NCBI GenBank assembly: GCA_045577475.1
Contig: JAZNIM010000045.1
Coordinates: forward strand, 1-47,837
Direction: 5' to 3'
Length of the DNA: 47,837 bases
Source: Eubacteriales bacterium
Lineage (GTDB): Bacteria; Bacillota; Clostridia; Oscillospirales; CAG-382
Below, piece by piece: positions 1-8,820 of this stretch; within the stretch, counting starts at the first letter, position 1; each line of letters starts with the position of its first letter. Under the pieces are notes generated by a model. The model saw only the letters and a list, made by a program, of their open reading frames with translations. It ran no database searches and had not been told where the DNA came from. Made by a program: the position numbers and the translations under genes.

Positions 1-345
1 ATCGGTAAGCTTATTCCTGCAGGTACAGGTCTTACAATGTACAGAGATGTTGAAGTTACCGACGTAGAAGGCAACGAGCTGAAGGTTGAACAGCCTGAAA
101 CAGAAAACAAGTACGCAGACTTCAGAAGCGGACTTGAAGCTCTGAGAAAAGAAGGCGGATTGTTTGACGAAGACGAAGACGGCGCAGATGCATCCGACGA
201 AGGTCTTGACGAAGATTTTGACGGTGCAGACGATATCGACGATATCGCGGACGGTTCTTCAAACGTTGACGAGCTTTTAGCAGCTCTCGGCAAGGCTCTT
301 GAGTCTGAAGACGACGAAGACACCACGGAAGAAACAGAGGAATAA
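1..345 (+). CDS. rpoC: RNA polymerase beta' subunit, C-terminal fragment (5' truncated by window)
   Basis: Frame 1 reads IGKLIPAGTG, the conserved RpoC C-terminal motif, followed by an acidic tail; stop at 345. Confidence 0.93.
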   Translation: MGKLIPAGTGLTMYRDVEVTDVEGNELKVEQPETENKYADFRSGLEALRKEGGLFDEDEDGADASDEGLDEDFDGADDIDDIADGSSNVDELLAALGKALESEDDEDTTEETEE

Positions 346-373
346 TCTCGGCTTCATTCCAAAATAACAAATT

Positions 374-402
374 ACGGAGCTGCTTTAATGCGGCTCCGTT
401 TT
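374..402 (+). terminator. Intrinsic terminator after rpoC
   Basis: ACGGAGCTGC...GCGGCTCCGT stem followed by TTT. Confidence 0.75.
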
Positions 403-430
403 GAATATGCAGTCAGAAAGGAAATATATT

Positions 431-907
431 ATGAAAGCAATAATAACAATGGAAAACGGCAAAACCATGACCATCGAGCTTTATCCCGAAAAGGCTCCCA
501 TAACCGTTGACAACTTTGTAAAGCTTGCAAAGGACGGCTTTTATGACGGTCTTATATTCCACAGAGTAATTCCCGGCTTTATGATTCAGGGCGGCGACCC
601 CGAAGGAACAGGTATGGGCGGCCCCGGTCACACAATTAAGGGAGAATTCCGTGCAAACGGCGTTAACAATGACCTCAAGCATACTCGTGGTGTTATCTCC
701 ATGGCACGCACCATGGCACCCAACTCCGCAGGAAGCCAGTTCTTTATCATGCATGCAGATGCTCCCCACCTTGACGGACAGTACGCTGCTTTCGGTAAAA
801 TGACAGACGGCTTTGAAGCTCTTGACGAAATTGCATCCGTAAGAACCAACGCCATGGACAAGCCTCTTGACGAACAAAAAATGGCAAAGGTTGTAATTGA
901 AGACTAA
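431..907 (+). CDS. ppiB: Cyclophilin-type peptidyl-prolyl cis-trans isomerase
   Basis: FHRVIPGFMIQGGDP, SMAR, SAGSQFFI and HLDGQYAAFG motifs; ATG 431 follows AGAAAGG RBS. Confidence 0.95.
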   Translation: MKAIITMENGKTMTIELYPEKAPITVDNFVKLAKDGFYDGLIFHRVIPGFMIQGGDPEGTGMGGPGHTIKGEFRANGVNNDLKHTRGVISMARTMAPNSAGSQFFIMHADAPHLDGQYAAFGKMTDGFEALDEIASVRTNAMDKPLDEQKMAKVVIED

Positions 908-961
908 TTTTCCGTGATGAACAGGCAATGCATATTTATGCCATCATTCACATTTGAACTC

Positions 962-998
962 AACGTCCGCCAAACCCAATCGGCGGGCGTTTTTCTTT
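962..998 (+). terminator. Intrinsic terminator after the cyclophilin gene
   Basis: AACGTCCGCC...GGCGGGCGTT stem plus T tract. Confidence 0.75.
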
Positions 999-1037
999 CG
1001 CTCAGTACAAAAACAAAATTTAAACATCTTTTTCCTA

Positions 1038-1066
1038 TTGACTAAATCGAAATTTCGTGTTATAAT
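1038..1066 (+). promoter_or_regulatory. Sigma-A promoter for abi leader and gene
   Basis: TTGACT-17 bp-TATAAT with extended -10 TG. Confidence 0.8.
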
Positions 1067-1071
1067 ATATT

Positions 1072-1151
1072 CAACCGTTGGGAGGCTTGGGTAATGCCTG
1101 TTACCAAATATCCCATTTGCGGGATTGAGAATGGGAAACCATTCTTTTTTT
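1072..1151 (+). ncRNA. Putative structured leader or antitoxin small RNA upstream of Abi HEPN gene
   Basis: 37-nt hairpin at 1079-1115 and terminator GAATGG-GAAA-CCATTC-T7 (1129-1151) lie between promoter and RBS. Confidence 0.6.
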
Positions 1152-1169
1152 GTTAAAAGAGGTGAAAAA

Positions 1170-2117
1170 GTGAGAAGAAACGCAAAAGCTTCACTGTCGG
1201 AGCAGGAAAAACTCTCTCTTTTAAAAAAATATGTGACGGTCAAAACTGATGTGCGCCTCAGAAACCGTCTGAGATACGCAGGCTTTTACAGACTTCGCCT
1301 TTACGGAAGATTTCTGCTGTCAAAAAGCAATGTTATAAAAACAAAGCCCTCAGAGGATATGCTGTATAATCTTTATGATTTTGATGAAAAGCTCAGGCTT
1401 CTGCTTTTTGTATTCTGCAAAAAAGCAGAAATTAGGCTTAAAACCTGCATTTCTGCCTGCTGTACGGAATATGAAGGCAATCCTGCCTTTTATCTTGCAG
1501 AGTGCAGCTATACACCTTCAAAAAGCAACAACGACAAGCTGAGTAAAGAAAAAAATATAAAGCTTTTCCCGAGCTTTTTGGAAGACCTATGCCATGAAGA
1601 GCACAAAATCCGTACCGATGCCGCCAAGTACCCCGAGCTTCACGAAATGCGTCCCAAAGAAAAAACATCCGCAAGATTACCTGCAGATGTCCTGTTTTCA
1701 TATCTTGATTTCGGCAGTGTGAGCCGTCTGTATTCCTACCTGAGGGGAGATTTACGCAAGGCTGTTTTAAAATACGGCTACAGCCGTCAAAACTACGGCA
1801 AGCAAACCACAAAGCAATTTGACACATGGCTTGATGCCATACGTTACCTTCGTAATTCCTGTGCACATCACAACATGCTTGTTGGCAAAACCTCAAACAT
1901 CATTCTTCCCGAATTCGGAGAGCAAGCTCTTTTGCCGTCGAACACCGATTTATTCTCAAGACTTTATGCTCTAAAAAAGGTGCTGACACCCAAGGACGGT
2001 GAAGCTCTTGTACACGGCATAGACAGACTTGTGAAGCACAGCAAAATTGATGTCTGTCTTTTGGGAATACTTCCCAAAAACTGGCATGAGCTTTACAAGA
2101 GGATTGCTGTGCTGTGA
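1170..2117 (+). CDS. Abi family protein (Abi_2 / AbiD-AbiF type), HEPN RNase
   Basis: GFYRL, LYDFDEKLRLLL, AEIRLKT, LDFGSVSRLY and HEPN RxxxxH motif RNSCAH; GTG 1170 follows GAGGTG RBS. Confidence 0.85.
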   Translation: MRRNAKASLSEQEKLSLLKKYVTVKTDVRLRNRLRYAGFYRLRLYGRFLLSKSNVIKTKPSEDMLYNLYDFDEKLRLLLFVFCKKAEIRLKTCISACCTEYEGNPAFYLAECSYTPSKSNNDKLSKEKNIKLFPSFLEDLCHEEHKIRTDAAKYPELHEMRPKEKTSARLPADVLFSYLDFGSVSRLYSYLRGDLRKAVLKYGYSRQNYGKQTTKQFDTWLDAIRYLRNSCAHHNMLVGKTSNIILPEFGEQALLPSNTDLFSRLYALKKVLTPKDGEALVHGIDRLVKHSKIDVCLLGILPKNWHELYKRIAVL

Positions 2118-2127
2118 TTGTGCTTTG

Positions 2128-2309
2128 AAAGTATGTTTTATGTCGTATTTGAGGAAAACTCCCGGCGAGAGTTTTCCTCTTTTTCGTCTTAAAAGGACGA
2201 AAAATTCACCTTTCCTGTGCTTTATAAAGCACAAGAAATTTCACTGTCTGCTGACAGTGACCAAAGGGTTTTGCGAAAAGCTTATCGGACGGCAAAAGCC
2301 GTCCGATAT
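2128..2309. repeat. Hairpin-rich intergenic repeat, copy A (internally deleted relative to copy B)
   Basis: Homologous to the reverse complement of 7248-7520; four or five stem-loops. Confidence 0.85.
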
Positions 2310-2324
2310 TCAACAAATAAAACT

Positions 2325-3470
2325 CTAATCCTTACAGGAAAAAATCTTTTCAATCCTGATATCCTCATCAAACACCAGAATGTCCGCATCAAAGCCTTTT
2401 TCAAGCCTTCCCTTGATTTTGTCAATTCCCATAATCTCAGCAGGAACCTTCGTCATCATGTACACGGCATCACAAACGCCGAAACCCACTTCTTTTGTCA
2501 TGACTCTTATAAGTCTGTCGGAAGTGGCAATGCTTCCTGCAAAAGCACTTCTGTCCCGAAGCTTGCAAACGTCGTCCTCTATGACATATTCAACGCCGCC
2601 TAAGGTTGTTCCTTCCTTAACATCAAGTCCCGCTACAACAAGGCTGTCCGTAATAAGGCAAACCCTGTCCTTACCTTTGATTTTGAGAATGAGCTTTATA
2701 AGGTCAGGGGGTAAATGCCTTCCGTCGGCAATGATTTCCACATACATATCGTCAAGCAGGTACGCTGTTTCAATTATCCCAAGACGTCTGAAGCCGCCCA
2801 CTCTTGTAATGGTCGATGTACAGGAATAAAGATGCGTCACAAGTCTGCAGCCTTCGTCATAGGCAGACTTTAATTCGTCATAGACAGCATCGGAATGACC
2901 CACCGAAGGGACAATATTGTGCTTCTTCAGCGTTTTTAACAGTCCGTTTCCCTCATCGTTTTCCACAGCATAGCTCATGCGTGCAACAACATCACCGTAC
3001 TTTTCAAAGAAAGGCTCATATTCCTCCTTTTTCGGAGGTGTGATGAAGTCCGCCGCCTGTCCGCCCACCTGCTTCGTTGAAAGGTACGGGCCTTCAAGGT
3101 GTGCACCGTAAATGCTTGGCTTCAGTTCCTTTGATGCCATTGCTTTTTTCAGGCTTTCTACGGCAGGAGTCATTACCGTGTCAATGGGTGAGGCTGAATA
3201 TGTGGGGTAAATTGTGGTTGTTCCGTGTTCAAAGTGGTAGTTTGCCGCCTTGATTATCTCCTCGGGTGTACCCACAAACTCACATCCCACAGCACCGTGG
3301 GTGTGTATGTCGATAAATCCGGGACTTACATACTTTCCCGTATAATCATAACACACCCGGGCAGGCTTTTCCTCTTTTGAAACCTCGGTAATTTTGCCGT
3401 TTTCAAAGTATACGTAACCCGAAAACAAACCGTCATGGGTTATGATTCTGTCGCTTTTGATACGAGTCAT
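2325..3470 (-). CDS. nagA: N-acetylglucosamine-6-phosphate deacetylase
   Basis: PGFIDIHTHG, HLEGPY, GHSDA, THLY, IADGRH, ITDS and AGS amidohydrolase motifs. Confidence 0.9.
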   Translation of the reverse strand: MTRIKSDRIITHDGLFSGYVYFENGKITEVSKEEKPARVCYDYTGKYVSPGFIDIHTHGAVGCEFVGTPEEIIKAANYHFEHGTTTIYPTYSASPIDTVMTPAVESLKKAMASKELKPSIYGAHLEGPYLSTKQVGGQAADFITPPKKEEYEPFFEKYGDVVARMSYAVENDEGNGLLKTLKKHNIVPSVGHSDAVYDELKSAYDEGCRLVTHLYSCTSTITRVGGFRRLGIIETAYLLDDMYVEIIADGRHLPPDLIKLILKIKGKDRVCLITDSLVVAGLDVKEGTTLGGVEYVIEDDVCKLRDRSAFAGSIATSDRLIRVMTKEVGFGVCDAVYMMTKVPAEIMGIDKIKGRLEKGFDADILVFDEDIRIEKIFSCKD

Positions 3471-3481
3471 TGTGTCACCTC

Positions 3482-4240
3482 TTACAGAAGCTTTGAGCTG
3501 TCGCCGTCAAGATACAGAACCGCATTTTTATGGGTTCTGAGAATTGTGGCAGGAACCTTTTCGCTTATTTTTTCTGTCAGTGTCCACTTAACGGCATTCG
3601 CCTTTGTGGGAGCAGGAACAATGCAGAAAGCATAGTCCGCCTTCATAAGCGTGGGACAGGTAAGGGTAATTGCGGTTTTGGGAACAAGGTCGATGCTTGC
3701 AAAACAGCCGTCATTTACCTGCTGATTGCGGCAAACCTCGTCAAGCTCTACAGGCTTTGCAATTTTTTCGTCCTTAAAATCCGCAACAGGCGGGTCGTTA
3801 AAGGCAATATGTCCGTTTTCACCGATACCCATAACAACGATGTCTGTGGGATTTTCAAGAAGGAGCTTGCCGTAACGCTCGCACTCTTTTTCGGGATTCT
3901 TTGCTTCGCAGTCAATGAGATTTATGCTCTTGAAGGGCACAAGTCCGAAGATGTGCTCCATGAGAAAATTGCCAAAGCCCTGCGGTGCATCCTTGGAAAG
4001 ACCGATGTATTCGTCCATGTGATATGCATTAATTCTATTCCATTCAATGTCCTTGTATTGAGTCAGGGACAAAAGCACATCATTCTGGCTGGGAGCTGCG
4101 GCGAAAATCATGTTGATTTCGTCCTTCTTTGAAAGAAGCTCGACTATTTTGTCGTGGATGTCACGGGCAGCATCCTGTCCCATTTCTTCACGGGTGGGGA
4201 AAATTTTTACGTCAAGTGTATCTACTTTCATACTTTTCAT
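3482..4240 (-). CDS. nagB: Glucosamine-6-phosphate deaminase/isomerase family
   Basis: HMDEYIGL, GIGENGHIAFNDP and VPATILRTH motifs; adjacent to nagA. Confidence 0.85.
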   Translation of the reverse strand: MKSMKVDTLDVKIFPTREEMGQDAARDIHDKIVELLSKKDEINMIFAAAPSQNDVLLSLTQYKDIEWNRINAYHMDEYIGLSKDAPQGFGNFLMEHIFGLVPFKSINLIDCEAKNPEKECERYGKLLLENPTDIVVMGIGENGHIAFNDPPVADFKDEKIAKPVELDEVCRNQQVNDGCFASIDLVPKTAITLTCPTLMKADYAFCIVPAPTKANAVKWTLTEKISEKVPATILRTHKNAVLYLDGDSSKLL

Positions 4241-4257
4241 ATCTGTATTTCCTTTAG

Positions 4258-5130
4258 TTAAATTTTGGGCGCTCTGTTTACTTCTTCAAGTCTGCGGGAC
4301 TTTAAGGAACGAACGATGGCATTCATGATAAACACGGGAGCAATAAAGTCGTTATAGCTTCTGGGCTGGTCCTTGCCGTGAAGCATGTTGTAGAATTCGT
4401 CAAATTCGCACTTGAAAAATTCCGGCTTGTATTCTGCTCTCTTGATAACAAAATCGTCTTTTGTGCTTACGCCTGCAAAGTAGTTGTAATTTCTGTAGGC
4501 ATAGTTGAGAGTGACGTCAAAATCACCGTAGCTGACAATGGCATCAATGCCTTTTCCGTTTTCGTTTGCAATAACACTCTTGGGATACATGCCAAAAATC
4601 TCCGTCATCATGGAAACAAGGTGCTGTGCATAAAAGAAGAAGCCGCCGTACTGACTGTTTGCATCAAGAGGTGCTCTGATAACACCGCCGAGAACTTCTT
4701 CGGAAGGCGTCCTGCTCACTAACTTCTTCATTTCCTGAACCGTTTCATAGAATACGCAAACGCTGCCGCCGCAAACCTTGACATTGCTTTCCTTCAGTTC
4801 CTTCATAAACTTTACCGCTTCATCCTCGGAAATGGTAATGGGCTTGTCAATGAACATGGGTATACCGCTTGCAATGTAGGGCTTGGCATATTTGTAATGG
4901 TTGTCGCCATGACGTGCAGTTACTACAAGTCCGTCAATCTTGCCTGCAAGCTCGTCAAATTCCTTCATTATCGGAACGCCGTACTGGTTTGCAAGCTTTG
5001 TAACAGGCTCGGTTTCGTCGCTGTATATTCCCACAACCTCTATGTCGGAATACTCGCTGTCTTCCTTTATACTCTTTAAAAATGAATCAGCGTGAGAATT
5101 TTCTACACCTAATATTGCGATTTTAAACAC
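4258..5130 (-). CDS. Gfo/Idh/MocA family oxidoreductase
   Basis: N-terminal Rossmann-like IAILG; FIDKP motif; GTG start. Confidence 0.8.
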   Translation of the reverse strand: MFKIAILGVENSHADSFLKSIKEDSEYSDIEVVGIYSDETEPVTKLANQYGVPIMKEFDELAGKIDGLVVTARHGDNHYKYAKPYIASGIPMFIDKPITISEDEAVKFMKELKESNVKVCGGSVCVFYETVQEMKKLVSRTPSEEVLGGVIRAPLDANSQYGGFFFYAQHLVSMMTEIFGMYPKSVIANENGKGIDAIVSYGDFDVTLNYAYRNYNYFAGVSTKDDFVIKRAEYKPEFFKCEFDEFYNMLHGKDQPRSYNDFIAPVFIMNAIVRSLKSRRLEEVNRAPKI

Positions 5131-5142
5131 GACACTTTCCTC

Positions 5143-6264
5143 CTAAAACCTGACGTCCATTCTGTTCTGTGCGTGAGCCGTTTCGATTACGCTGATAACC
5201 TGTGCGGCGTATTCAACGGGAACGGGAAGTGGTGCGTTTTCGGTGATAGCTTTATACATACCGTCATAAAAACGCTTAGACATAATGTCGTACTGATCGA
5301 GAGAAGCTCCGGTAGAGGTGTGGCTTGTGGTATCTGCACCAACAGCGAACTTGCCTTCTTCTTCGTGGGTAACAAGATTTTCACCGCAGTAGATGGGAAG
5401 ACCTTCTTCGTTTTTGAGAGGAGTTTCTATAACAGGTCTTGCTACATTTTCACTGTCTTCATAATATTTCATCTTATAGCTGTATCTATCTGCGTAGAGC
5501 GTTCCTCTTGTACCCATAATCTTAACTAAGCTTCCGTCGGGATATGCATCATTTGAGCAAACCTCAACGTCAACAACAGGCTTTCCAGGTGCTGTAAGAA
5601 TGAGCTTTGCATAGTCATCCGCATCACCGCTTGTCATGGCAATGTCAAGCTTTGAGAAAGCAACCGTAATTTCAGGCGAAAAGTCAAGCCAGTCAAGTGC
5701 AAGTCCTACAGGGTGAGGACCTGTGTTGTAAAGTCCGCCTGCCATTTTATGCTGAAGCGTCTGCCAGTCCCAACGGCGTGAGAAGCCATTGTATTTGATT
5801 GCAACCTGAACGGGACGTCCGATTTTACCTGAAGCAACCAATTCCTTAATACCGATATGGAAGGGTGCAAGGAAGGTCTGCTGGAATGCGGCAATGATTA
5901 CACCGTTGTCCTTAGCAGTCTTAATAAGGTCGCAGCACTCAAAATATGTTCTTGCCATAGGCTTTTCAACAACAACATTAAAGCCATGCTCAAGAAGTAT
6001 CTTTGAAACGCTGTAATGAAGCTCTGAGAAAGTGGAGTTTACAACAAGGTCAAGCTTATCCTTTAAGGGGAACAAATCCTCAACCTTTTCAAACACTTCA
6101 CATCCGGGATATTCCTCAAGTGCTCTCTGTCTTCTTTCGGGGTCCATGTCAACAACCGCCGCAACGGTGAATTCCTCGTTTGCGTTGGTTCTGAAATATG
6201 AACCGTGGATGTTTCTTCCGCTTCTACCCTGTCCGATGATGGCAACGTTAAGTCTTTTTTTCAT
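5143..6264 (-). CDS. Gfo/Idh/MocA family oxidoreductase
   Basis: IIGQGRSG, VVEKPMA and GGLYNTGPH motifs; start placed at ATG 6264 after an AAGGA RBS. Confidence 0.88.
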   Translation of the reverse strand: MKKRLNVAIIGQGRSGRNIHGSYFRTNANEEFTVAAVVDMDPERRQRALEEYPGCEVFEKVEDLFPLKDKLDLVVNSTFSELHYSVSKILLEHGFNVVVEKPMARTYFECCDLIKTAKDNGVIIAAFQQTFLAPFHIGIKELVASGKIGRPVQVAIKYNGFSRRWDWQTLQHKMAGGLYNTGPHPVGLALDWLDFSPEITVAFSKLDIAMTSGDADDYAKLILTAPGKPVVDVEVCSNDAYPDGSLVKIMGTRGTLYADRYSYKMKYYEDSENVARPVIETPLKNEEGLPIYCGENLVTHEEEGKFAVGADTTSHTSTGASLDQYDIMSKRFYDGMYKAITENAPLPVPVEYAAQVISVIETAHAQNRMDVRF

Positions 6265-6411
6265 GATGTTCAATCCTTTCTTCATAAAGATTATAATTGT
6301 CCTTATCTCTATTATACAAGGATTTTTTGCCATGTAAATTGAAAAAAGTTGTTTTTTGTATTGCAAAATGTGTAATGTTATGATAATATTACATTGTCAG
6401 GAAGTGAAACT

Positions 6412-7236
6412 ATGGAAAACAAAGCCAAAGACAACAACATAATCGTACATCACACTTTACGGGAACATGTAACACCGGAAAGCTTTAACTCCGAGCCTCA
6501 CACTCACGACAGGTGTGAGCTATTGTTTCTGAAAAAAGGAAATCCCAAGTATTTTGTTGAAGGCAGAGATTATAAACTCTCCAAAAATACTCTTATAATT
6601 TCACGCCCCGGTGACAGACACAGAATATATTTTGAAGAACCGTCCGTTTATGAAAGATACAACATACTGTACGATGAAAGTAAGTTGCCTGAGGGTATAT
6701 TTGAAAGCATTCCATCGGATATAGACGTTATAAATTTTGACGGTAACAGTGTAGTCAACGAGCTTTTCAGAAAAACAGACTTTTACAAAGAGCATTTTTC
6801 CTCCTACCAGCTTTCAAGTATTCTATGCAGCATCACCGAGGAAATTTTTTATAACATTGCCATTGTTTCAAAGAATCTTCCCTCACGTACATGCAGTGCT
6901 TCGTCAAACCCTCTTGTAAGTACGGCAGTAGAGTATATCAGCGAAAATTTGAGAACCGTATCGGGAATTGATGAGCTTTGCGAAAAGCTGTACATTACAA
7001 AAAGCCATCTTCACCACCTGTTTATAAAGCATCTGCACATAAGTCCCAAAAGGTACATTCTGTCAAAACGTCTTGACCTTGCAAGAAATGCGATACGTTC
7101 GGGAAACCGTCCCGTTGATGTGTTTTCCGAGTGCGGTTTTTCGGACTATTCCACATTTTACCGTGATTACAAAAAAGCCTTCGGACACGCTCCGTCGGAG
7201 GAATCAGATTTTCCGTTGTCACTTCAGCTGTCTTAA
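6412..7236 (+). CDS. AraC family transcriptional regulator (cupin plus double HTH)
   Basis: PHTHDRCE cupin motif and C-terminal CGFSDYSTFYRDYKKAFG; divergent from the nag operon. Confidence 0.92.
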   Translation: MENKAKDNNIIVHHTLREHVTPESFNSEPHTHDRCELLFLKKGNPKYFVEGRDYKLSKNTLIISRPGDRHRIYFEEPSVYERYNILYDESKLPEGIFESIPSDIDVINFDGNSVVNELFRKTDFYKEHFSSYQLSSILCSITEEIFYNIAIVSKNLPSRTCSASSNPLVSTAVEYISENLRTVSGIDELCEKLYITKSHLHHLFIKHLHISPKRYILSKRLDLARNAIRSGNRPVDVFSECGFSDYSTFYRDYKKAFGHAPSEESDFPLSLQLS

Positions 7237-7244
7237 TTGACAGC
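7227..7244. repeat. 18-bp palindromic target site GCTGTCTTAATTGACAGC (intact copy)
   Basis: Identical to the sequence obtained by joining 7534-7542 to 12513-12521. Confidence 0.85.
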
Positions 7245-7533
7245 CTGAGCTAATCGCAAAACCCTTTATGAAAGTTTAGGTCAAGCCGAACAAGGTACCC
7301 AACTGCGTTGGGTTCGAGCTTTCAACCAAATCAAAGATTTGGGAAAGCACGAAAAGGCTTGCAATTTCCAAAGACAGAGTCTTTGGTCGCTGTCCGCAGA
7401 CAGCGAAACTCCTTGTGCTTCATAAAGCGCAGGAAAGGTGAATTTTTCGTCCCCAAAAGGACGAAAAAGAGGAAAACCCTCGCCGGGGGTTTTCCTTAAA
7501 CGTGACATAAAACATACTTTTTCAACAAACCAC
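7245..7533. mobile_element. MITE/REP-like hairpin-rich element, copy B, flanked by an 18-bp duplication
   Basis: Homologous to 2128-2282 in inverted orientation; multiple stem-loops; lies between two copies of the 18-bp palindrome. Confidence 0.7.
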
Positions 7534-7715
7534 GCTGTCTTATGAGGCGTACTCGTAAGGACAGTAATTCTAAAGGCTGAACGATTAATTTTGTTCAGCC
7601 TTTTATCGTAGGGTTCGGCGGTTTCCCATCAACTGAAAAGGTCTTAGGATATCCTGATTATTGGAAAATGATATACATTTTCCCTGATTGTTACAGTACC
7701 GGACAAAAATAACTA

Positions 7716-7744
7716 TTGACAGCTTTCTTGAATTATGCTATACT
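7716..7744 (+). promoter_or_regulatory. Sigma-A promoter of lacI-family gene
   Basis: TTGACA-17 bp-TATACT with extended -10 TG. Confidence 0.8.
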
Positions 7745-7746
7745 TA

Positions 7747-7762
7747 GTGCAACCGATTGCAC
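7747..7762. promoter_or_regulatory. LacI-type operator 1
   Basis: Palindrome GTGCAACCGATTGCAC just downstream of the -10 box. Confidence 0.75.
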
Positions 7763-7776
7763 CGGAGGTGAGTTTT

Positions 7777-8805
7777 GTGTCAAATGTTACTATATATACA
7801 CTTGCAAAGGAATTGAATATGACTCCGTCAATGATAAGCCGTGCATTTAGTCCAAACGGAAAAATTAGTGAGAAGAAAAGAAAACTAATATTGGAAGCTG
7901 CGAATAAATATGGTTTTACACCAAATAAATTTGCTTCAAGGCTATCAATGAAAAATGTACGTATTGGCATACTTATCAATAGTCGATTTCCTGTCAATAC
8001 CGATAAAATGATTGCAGGTATTGAAAGTGCTTATGAAAAATTAAAAGATTATAAGATCCAGTACGATATAAAAATAATGAATTCTCTTGAAAACAAAACT
8101 GAAGATTGTGCTGAGGTTCTGAATAAATATAAAAATTATAATGGGATCATTGTTGCCGGGATGAGTTCAGAAAAATATACCTATATGTTAAATGAAGTTT
8201 GCAAAGAAAATCCCAATGTTGTACAGGTGCAGGCAATAAATAAATCCGTTGACTGCCTTTTCGTGTCAAAGCATAATGAGGAAACAGCCTCTAGCCTTGC
8301 AGCAGAATTTTTATATAATTGTCTTAAAGATAAAAAGAGAAAAAATATTTTGCTTTTTACCGGGGACAAGGACAGTGCGCTTCACTCCGATGCAGAGTCT
8401 GCCTTTAAAAATGCATGTAAAGAATTTGGATTAAGTATTTTAAAAAGTATTGATATGAAAGATAACAAAGAATATTTTTCTGAAATCATTTCTGATGTTT
8501 TCGAAAAATATATCAAAGAAACGGACGGAATCTACATAACCAGTGGAATAAGCTCACCCCTTTGCGAATATATAGATGAAAATAATATATCCGTTCCCTT
8601 TGTCAGCTTTGATACATATCAAGATATAAAAAAATATATAAAAAAGGGAATTATATCTGCTACCATTGCGCAGAATGTGGAAAAACAAATGGAAAACGCT
8701 TTTGAATATCTTGTGAAACATATTATAATGGGGGAAGGCTCTCCCAAAACTGTATACACAGATGTTCAACTTGTTTTAAAAAGCAATATACATCAATTTA
8801 ACTAA
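7777..8805 (+). CDS. LacI family transcriptional regulator
   Basis: VTIYTLAKELNMTPSMISRAF HTH, GFTPNKFASRL hinge and periplasmic-binding-like domain; GTG 7777 follows GGAGGTG. Confidence 0.9.
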   Translation: MSNVTIYTLAKELNMTPSMISRAFSPNGKISEKKRKLILEAANKYGFTPNKFASRLSMKNVRIGILINSRFPVNTDKMIAGIESAYEKLKDYKIQYDIKIMNSLENKTEDCAEVLNKYKNYNGIIVAGMSSEKYTYMLNEVCKENPNVVQVQAINKSVDCLFVSKHNEETASSLAAEFLYNCLKDKKRKNILLFTGDKDSALHSDAESAFKNACKEFGLSILKSIDMKDNKEYFSEIISDVFEKYIKETDGIYITSGISSPLCEYIDENNISVPFVSFDTYQDIKKYIKKGIISATIAQNVEKQMENAFEYLVKHIIMGEGSPKTVYTDVQLVLKSNIHQFN

Positions 8806-8820
8806 AAATTTTTGGAGTTG

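Noticed and set aside
150-345. GAC/GAA-rich low-complexity repeats
   Set aside because: They simply encode the acidic RpoC tail.
1971-2328. ORFs 1971-2234, 2047-2328 and the similar 7281-7508 and 7308-7499
   Set aside because: Their similarity comes from the shared non-coding repeat; covariation points to stems, not codons.
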